Source of the DNA: a virus
Lineage: Duplodnaviria > Caudoviricetes
Virus record (IMG/VR): IMGVR_UViG_3300036761_001804
Location: 1-50,782 of that record
Strand: one strand, 5' to 3'
DNA length: 50,782 bases
The position numbers and the translations under genes were made by a program. Position 1 is the first letter of the stretch, and each line of letters begins with the position of its first letter. Under the pieces are notes generated by a model. It ran no database searches and had not been told where the DNA came from. It worked only from the letters and a program-made list of their open reading frames with translations. This document shows, piece by piece, positions 44,862 through 50,782 of this stretch.

Positions 44862-47150
44862 TTACCTCTGTTTCGCGGCGGCCTGCGCCCCGCGCTTCTG
44901 TTGATTCTGGGACCGCCCGGCGTAGCCACGGCCGCCTGCGGTGGCCTGTGCGGTCGCGTTGGCGTTCATCTGGGCCTGGCCCGGCGAACCCGGCTGGCCG
45001 GTCGTCTGGCCGCCGCCGCGCGCCGCCGCCTGCTGGCCCGCGCCCTGCGCCCCGGCTTGCTGCATCGGGGAACCTGGCGGACCCTGCGGCATCTGCAACT
45101 GCATCCCCACCACTTGCGCGGTAGGCCCGAAGTGTGCTACGCGGAAAATCTCTTGCACCGCTGGCGGGAGGTTCATGAACTCCTCGCTCTTCTGCCAGAC
45201 CTTGTGCCGAGCGTAGTGCAACTGGTTGTCGTCCACGTCCGGGTCCATGAACACCGGCCAGGAATCCTCGGGCGCGATGTCGTCGCCGAGAGCCTGCCCG
45301 AACTTGGGATCGTTGTGGTCGCAGACGAAGTGCTCGCGCGCCCACGCCACGACGGCCTCGTGCTCCATGGCGATCGCCTTGTCCTGGGCGTCGAAGCCGA
45401 CCATGACGTTGCGGATGCCGTAGACGCGGGCGTACTCCAGGCGCACCACGGGATCTTGGATGTCCACGATCCCGAGTTCCACGCCCTGCTCCATCATCGC
45501 ACGCTTCTGGAGCGGGGTCTTTGGCTGGCCGGAACCCGGCACGATGTCGATGTCCACGCCTCCGCGTAGGTCTGCCTTCTTGATCTGACGAACGGTCCAG
45601 CGGGCTTCCTCTCCCTTGATCTTGTAGTAGACCGAATCAGGAGCGAAGTTCCTGAACACGAAGAAGAGAGTTCGGTAGTAGTGAGCCCAGCCTGTTTCAA
45701 ACCGCAGGAAGAGAGGGGCATGTTCCTTGTGCTTGTGCTCCTCCCACTGCTGCATCGCATATCCAGAATCCACGCGGGGCAACTCTTCGCTGAGTTCGCG
45801 GATCTGAACGATGGCAGACATCTCTTCATCAATCTGCTTGAGGCGTTCCACATACACTTGAGGGTACGGTGCGCCTTCCACACGTTCAGGTCGCCCGCCA
45901 CCCGCAGCGGTAGTCTGGCCCCGTAGGACTTGGCCTTCGATACCCGTGACCTGAGCAACGTCTACTCCTTCTGGCAGGTAGAGGAACGAGGCAGCGCTGC
46001 GCGCAGTGAACATCGCGATGCCGCCCAAGATCCTGTTCCGCTCACGCTGCGGGGACTTCAGATCATCCGCAGGCCCGGCGCAGAGCATCGTGCCCGGGAT
46101 CTCCGTGGCCCCGAAGTGGGTGATCGGGAGGATAGGATCGCCCGGCTCTTCCTCGGTCCCGTTGTGGAACGGGTAGTCCTTCTGCTCCAGCATCTCCCCG
46201 GTGCTCAGAAGCCTCGCCCACTTCCCGCTGGGGAACTCCTTGCACGGGAGGACATACATATCGTCCACGCCCGCGCTCTTGGTGTACCGCGCCGCGCTGC
46301 CGCCGAAGCGACCGCCGATCATCGGTGCAAGCCGGGTGATGTTCTGGAGGTACACGAGCCCGATGTCCGTAGGCGCGCTGTCCTCGCTGATGTCCTTCGC
46401 GGCCCCGGGGTATCGGGCATGTATCCATTCCAGGGGACGCATGCGCCGCCATATGAACGCCGGGATGTCGCGCTGGCGCGGGATGGTCCAGTCCACCCAC
46501 GCCTCGAACGGGGTGATCACGTCCGTGGTGAACGCACCCTCGGGGATCTCGTCGAACTCCTCGGTACTCTCCTTGAGATCCTTCCCGGTGTCCGGGTGCT
46601 TCATGTCGTTGTCGCTCGCGACATCGGCGCTGACGTGGTTCCCGTCTGGGTCCATGTACTTGGGCACGAAGTCCTTGCGCCCCCCGTCCGGGTCGTATCC
46701 GGTGATCAGGAACGCGTTGTTGCACAGGCCCACGGTGCTGGCCAACTTCACGCGGATCTCGTCCACGCCTACGATCTTGGCCAGGTACTGGATCACGTCC
46801 GCCGCCGCGTCCGCCGTCAGGCGGTCAACCTCGTTCGGGCTCCCCGGGGACGTGGCCACGTCGGGGTCGATGCCCGTCATCATCGCGATGAACTTGTTGA
46901 TCATCGGCTTGTACATGTTCACCACGGGACGGGGCACACCCGGGCGCAGGTTCATGCGCCGGAAGTTGCCAGCCGTTCCATCGTAGGTGATCCACTGCAA
47001 GCCGAGGTAGAACAGGATGTTCTCGTAACAGTTACGAAGTACCTCGGTGCGCCCGGGCTGGAGCCGCGAGATCAAATCCCGGTGGTACTTCTCGATCTTC
47101 GCCTTGAGCGAATCCCCGGGCGTGGCGCTAGGTCGCGTCTGGTCGCTCAT
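44862..47150 (-). CDS. Portal protein
   Basis: ~760 aa between TerL and scaffold; FYLG.QW, VN...P, L.SPQRE.N; Gln/Gly/Pro-rich C-terminus typical of P22-like portals. Confidence 0.88.
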   Translation of the reverse strand: MSDQTRPSATPGDSLKAKIEKYHRDLISRLQPGRTEVLRNCYENILFYLGLQWITYDGTAGNFRRMNLRPGVPRPVVNMYKPMINKFIAMMTGIDPDVATSPGSPNEVDRLTADAAADVIQYLAKIVGVDEIRVKLASTVGLCNNAFLITGYDPDGGRKDFVPKYMDPDGNHVSADVASDNDMKHPDTGKDLKESTEEFDEIPEGAFTTDVITPFEAWVDWTIPRQRDIPAFIWRRMRPLEWIHARYPGAAKDISEDSAPTDIGLVYLQNITRLAPMIGGRFGGSAARYTKSAGVDDMYVLPCKEFPSGKWARLLSTGEMLEQKDYPFHNGTEEEPGDPILPITHFGATEIPGTMLCAGPADDLKSPQRERNRILGGIAMFTARSAASFLYLPEGVDVAQVTGIEGQVLRGQTTAAGGGRPERVEGAPYPQVYVERLKQIDEEMSAIVQIRELSEELPRVDSGYAMQQWEEHKHKEHAPLFLRFETGWAHYYRTLFFVFRNFAPDSVYYKIKGEEARWTVRQIKKADLRGGVDIDIVPGSGQPKTPLQKRAMMEQGVELGIVDIQDPVVRLEYARVYGIRNVMVGFDAQDKAIAMEHEAVVAWAREHFVCDHNDPKFGQALGDDIAPEDSWPVFMDPDVDDNQLHYARHKVWQKSEEFMNLPPAVQEIFRVAHFGPTAQVVGMQLQMPQGPPGSPMQQAGAQGAGQQAAARGGGQTTGQPGSPGQAQMNANATAQATAGGRGYAGRSQNQQKRGAQAAAKQR

Positions 47151-47503
47151 CACTCGCGCCCGTTGTCATCGAAGCGGAGTTCCGCTTCGGCCTGGGTCTT
47201 ATACGATCCCTCGGCGTGGCCGATGGGCAAGTCCAAGAACGGATCTTGCGGCGCGCTGGCGATTGCCTGTCGCACCGTCTCAGCACGCGCAGCGCGCTCG
47301 CGCTTCGACTCCATGCTGATCCCTTCCAGTCCGATCTTGGTCATCAGGTGATCCACGGCCGCGTCGGCCCTGGCCGCCTGATGCTGCGCGAGTACGCGCG
47401 CTTCCAGCAACTGCTCGGTGAGGACCGCGTTCACGCGCTCCCACCGTTCGTTCGCGGACTTCTGGCCATCCAGATAGCCCCGCATGTATCCCCATTTAGG
47501 CAT
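47150..47503 (-). CDS. Hypothetical coiled-coil protein
   Basis: ATG 47503 overlaps the end of TerL. Confidence 0.6.
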   Translation of the reverse strand: MPKWGYMRGYLDGQKSANERWERVNAVLTEQLLEARVLAQHQAARADAAVDHLMTKIGLEGISMESKRERAARAETVRQAIASAPQDPFLDLPIGHAEGSYKTQAEAELRFDDNGRE

Positions 47504-49346
47504 CGAACGGTGTCCCTTCAGAGAACCACTCGTCGGTCGAGGGTTCTTGATGCGCCTTCCAAGCCCGAGCCGCGCGCCGGGACGCCTTGTCCAGGGTCGC
47601 GATCGTGGCCTCGTAGGCAGTTTCCTTCTTGGTGTCCGCCAGCGTCGGGGCATCGCGCCCCGGGGCGTAGACTTTCTTGACCGCCGCGCTCAACGCGTCC
47701 ACAGAGTCGTCGTGATCCATGGGTCCACCGAAGGCGAGTTCTTCGCTCTCCAGATCGCTGATGCCCTGCTGGACGGCGACTGGTCCATTGTCCCGGTGCA
47801 GGATGCTCCCATTCGAGTACAGCGGGATGAGTCCCTTGATGCGCGCGGGCTTGCTCGCATTTCCGCCTTCCCAATCGTCGATGACGAATGCCTCGCGCCG
47901 TCCTGCGCGAAAGTCCTTGCGGAACAGCGCGAGCAGGAAGATCTGCGCCGCGCGTTGCTCGATGCACACCTTGATCGGCTTCCACACGTCCACTAGGGCA
48001 GTGGTCTGGTCCATGAGTTCGTCCACATTGCAATGTAGGCGAACGACGCGAGGTATAAACCAGCGCCCATCACGATCAACGCATACAACAACCCACGCCG
48101 CGAAGTCGTGCTCAGCCAGGGCGGGGGCATTGATGTCCTTGATCTTCTGCGTGCCGCCGCCCTCATTCTCTCGGCCCGTGTTCGGGTCCAAGAAGATGAA
48201 CGTGTTGCAGTCCGCAATCGCCGTCTTCCTGATCTCACGGTCTTCTCCATCCAGTTCGTAGAAGTATTCCCCGCGCTGGCGGAAGTACCTGAACCAGTTC
48301 TTCTGGAAGCCGATCTTCCCTTCGTCCTTGGGCCAGCACTCGTACTGGCAGGAGAAGAACCACGAGTTGCGCTGGCGCAGGTTCTCGGCCTTGACGAGAT
48401 CGCAGCCCCCGAGTTCGGGGATGGGCACGCCCTGGGCATCGAGGATCGGCGGGAAGATCAACTCCCCGTTGGGCTCCTTCCACGAGAGCCGGGCGACCAT
48501 GGCCTCGGGCCAATACTTCTCGATGTACGTGATGGGGTCGAAGAATGACCAGGGCGTGCCCACGAAGCGACGCTCGCCGAAGCCCAGGCTGTGGAACAAC
48601 GGGTCCAGGTTGTCGAAGTCCCGGAGTACCTTCGCCATCTGGGTCTTGTTCAACTCCTCACCAACGATGTCGTCGATCAACTGGATGGTGTGATGGCCGC
48701 CTGTGACGCGCGACCCGCACCCTCGTGCCTTGATCGAGTAGTCAGAGTACGCGCCGTCCCGGTTCAACGTAATATCGTTCAGGGTCCACTTCTTCCGGTC
48801 TTGCGGACTCGGGATGATGTGCCCGTACAGGTCGCCGAAGAACTTGCCGTGGTACCCGCCCCCTTCCAGGGTCGTCCTGATGTAGTTCATGATCACACTC
48901 GCGAACTCGAAGTGCATCGTGTAGATCAAGATGCGCTCCTCCGGGTTCCTGCATAACCTCCAGAGGGCATACGCTTGCGTGAGCAAGGAAGTCTTCAGGT
49001 GTCCGCGTGGAATGACCGCTGCGCGAAAAAGTTCGTAGGTGTGGACGCGCCCGTACTCGTCGATCCAGTTCCCCCCGTTGGGTGCCTGCCAGGCATACGC
49101 GAGCGGCCCGTGCAACGGCCAGCGCAACCACGAGAACCCCATGGCGTGCTTCGCGAACCAGTAGAAATCCGAGATCCCGCGCAGTCGCGCGTACTCGATG
49201 AAATCGTCCTGGCTCAGCGTGTTCCCCGCTTGCTTGTGCCGGTGCAACTCCGTCAGCCTCTGACCTTCCAGCCAGAACTCGTGCGGAGGCGCAGGCGGGT
49301 GCAGGTAATACTGCCCCGCTTCGAGACGCGTCAGGCTTGCTGGCAA
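47496..49346 (-). CDS. terL: Terminase large subunit
   Basis: Walker A PRGHLKTS, Walker B QLIDD, GTPW coupling motif; nuclease FLDP...HDDSVDALS. Confidence 0.95.
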   Translation of the reverse strand: MPASLTRLEAGQYYLHPPAPPHEFWLEGQRLTELHRHKQAGNTLSQDDFIEYARLRGISDFYWFAKHAMGFSWLRWPLHGPLAYAWQAPNGGNWIDEYGRVHTYELFRAAVIPRGHLKTSLLTQAYALWRLCRNPEERILIYTMHFEFASVIMNYIRTTLEGGGYHGKFFGDLYGHIIPSPQDRKKWTLNDITLNRDGAYSDYSIKARGCGSRVTGGHHTIQLIDDIVGEELNKTQMAKVLRDFDNLDPLFHSLGFGERRFVGTPWSFFDPITYIEKYWPEAMVARLSWKEPNGELIFPPILDAQGVPIPELGGCDLVKAENLRQRNSWFFSCQYECWPKDEGKIGFQKNWFRYFRQRGEYFYELDGEDREIRKTAIADCNTFIFLDPNTGRENEGGGTQKIKDINAPALAEHDFAAWVVVCVDRDGRWFIPRVVRLHCNVDELMDQTTALVDVWKPIKVCIEQRAAQIFLLALFRKDFRAGRREAFVIDDWEGGNASKPARIKGLIPLYSNGSILHRDNGPVAVQQGISDLESEELAFGGPMDHDDSVDALSAAVKKVYAPGRDAPTLADTKKETAYEATIATLDKASRRAARAWKAHQEPSTDEWFSEGTPFDA

Positions 49347-49528
49347 AGGATATGTCCATAGCGATCGAAGAACGCTTTGCTCGTGGCGGCGCGTGCATCC
49401 TGATCCGCCTGCATCAACGCTTCCACGCTTCGCTGCTTCGCCTTCGCATGAGACTTGCGCACGCGCATCCGCGTGAGCGGTGTGCTTGCGCGCTTGGGGG
49501 CGCGTGGGGATGCCGGGCGCTGGACCAT
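49331..49528 (-). CDS. Small basic hypothetical protein
   Basis: TAATG coupling. Confidence 0.5.
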   Translation of the reverse strand: MVQRPASPRAPKRASTPLTRMRVRKSHAKAKQRSVEALMQADQDARAATSKAFFDRYGHILCQQA

Positions 49529-50106
49529 TATGCGCTCACGGGCGTCACGTCTACGACGGAGCGGGCTGACTGTGCAGCCTGGTCGTCATCCTCACGCGAT
49601 ACGTTCAGGGTCTGTTGAATGAAGGTGTTGTTCACGACGGCAGGACGCGCGATGGTCAAGGGTTCCATGAGCCCCGTGGACTTCGTAACCTGCTGCGTCG
49701 CCCACTGCGCGAGCCCGGTGTCGAGCGGCGTCCCGTCCTTGGCCTCGCGGAAGCACCGCTGGAGGAAGCGCACCGCCGCAGGCACCATGCCCGACATGTC
49801 GATCCGCCCGCGCCGGATCTGCCGTTCCATGGCGCGCTCGTCCTCGGCATCTTGAATGGCTTCCAAGTGTGCCGCGTAGCACGCGTACATCTCGCCCTTG
49901 GCGAACTTCTGGAGCGCATCCCCGTTCTCTTCCATCACGCGCCCACAGATCTCGAACGACTTGCCTTCAGCGCGAAGTGCTCGCAGGCGCTCGACCCGGC
50001 CAAGATGGATCAGGTCCGTCTTGGTGAACTCCCTGGTCGCGAGACGCCGTTTCAACGCGGTGATGACTGGAGATTCTGTGAGCGCGGGGACGGTGGGCGA
50101 AGGCAC
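49528..50106 (-). CDS. Putative terminase small subunit
   Basis: Upstream of TerL; HTH-like LRAEGKSFEICGR; ends VVDVTP. GTG start at 50106 inferred. Confidence 0.6.
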   Translation of the reverse strand: MPSPTVPALTESPVITALKRRLATREFTKTDLIHLGRVERLRALRAEGKSFEICGRVMEENGDALQKFAKGEMYACYAAHLEAIQDAEDERAMERQIRRGRIDMSGMVPAAVRFLQRCFREAKDGTPLDTGLAQWATQQVTKSTGLMEPLTIARPAVVNNTFIQQTLNVSREDDDQAAQSARSVVDVTPVSA

Positions 50107-50276
50107 GGTCCATCTATAGCGCACGCTCGGGGCCTGGCGCAACAGCGTTCTACTTCCCGATCGGGCATGGACTGTTCCACGGGACACGGAACGGGTCGAT
50201 TTCTGGGACGTTCTGTACGCGATTCGCGAACTCCGAACCCTATCGGGCACGTCTCCTTCGATCTACCTCTTTCCCG

Positions 50277-50413
50277 GTACGGTACTTTGGTACACTCCCT
50301 CCCCCTTCAGGGGGGAGGGAAGAGGTGTACCGACGAAGATGTACATAGAATACGGGTACTTGGAACGGTACAAGCCCTGTACCGTGGCGCGTACCGAGTG
50401 TACCGTGTACCGT
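50277..50413. repeat. GTAC-rich repeat cluster with hairpin
   Basis: 11 GTAC sites in ~135 bp; TCCCTCCCCC/GGGGGAGGGA stem flanked by GGTACAC/GTGTACC. Confidence 0.8.
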
Positions 50414-50553
50414 GGCCCGGGCACGGGGCTTCCCGGGGATCGTGGCTGGAGCAATCCCGGGGTTTTACCCTGCACACGGGCTTGATCCGGCCGCGTGGAC
50501 CCATCCCTCGGTTCACGTTCCCGCCCCGAGGCTCACCCAGGGTGTCCATCCAG

Positions 50554-50608
50554 GTTGATAATCAAACCCCGGGAGGTTGACAATCCCGGGCTCGGGCGTT
50601 GACAATCC
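50554..50608 (+). repeat. Three GTTGA(C/T)AATC repeats at 22-bp spacing
   Basis: Copies start at 50554, 50576 and 50598. Confidence 0.75.
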
Positions 50609-50656
50609 AGGCCCGTTGCTCCCCGTGATCGGTGTCCGGGGCCGAGCGAAGCGAGG

Positions 50657-50782
50657 CCGCCCGTTGACCCGTGGAAATCTCGAGTTTTTCCACAGGGTTA
50701 ACAGCGCCCGCGCAGCGGCGTTGCCGATCCTGCCTACTGATCCCCGAGCCCGGGGCCGGACCCCGGCCTGATCCGGCCGCGT
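50657..50782 (+). repeat. Right copy of 126-bp direct terminal repeat
   Basis: Identical to 26-151. Confidence 0.95.

Noticed and set aside
1-50782. Temperate lifestyle module
   Set aside because: No integrase, repressor or ParAB genes were recognised.

Overview
This window is an apparently complete genome (~50.6 kb) of a GC-rich, tailed dsDNA bacteriophage, probably podovirus-like and lytic. Positions 26-151 are repeated exactly at 50657-50782. I found no integrase, RNA polymerase, tape measure or recognisable primase. The + strand arm (~0.7-19 kb) carries early and replication genes: a Cys-rich amidoligase with a class II glutamine amidotransferase, many small Cys/Zn-finger-like ORFs, a Sak4-like ATPase, a Cas4-like nuclease, a putative SSB, a degenerate family-4 UDG, a family A DNA polymerase, an AAA_25-type helicase and a nucleotide-metabolism cluster. 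The - strand arm (~19-50.1 kb) carries terminase, portal, scaffold, major capsid, adaptor/nozzle, internal virion proteins and lysis genes. Six features stand out. (1) The morphogenesis operon encodes five signal-peptide-bearing proteins, most of them Cys-rich with Thr/Pro mucin-like tracts; three fill the tail-fibre slot, suggesting virion appendages matured outside the cytoplasm. (2) The PolA has lost several conserved template-contacting residues in a genome with no visible primase. (3) A tRNA-like RNA with a remodelled anticodon arm sits inside an early ORF. (4) The nozzle gene appears split around a 630-aa ORF. (5) Twin GTAC-rich hairpin elements bracket the late operon. (6) AGCT is strongly avoided. 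All family assignments come from motif recognition by eye, not database searches.
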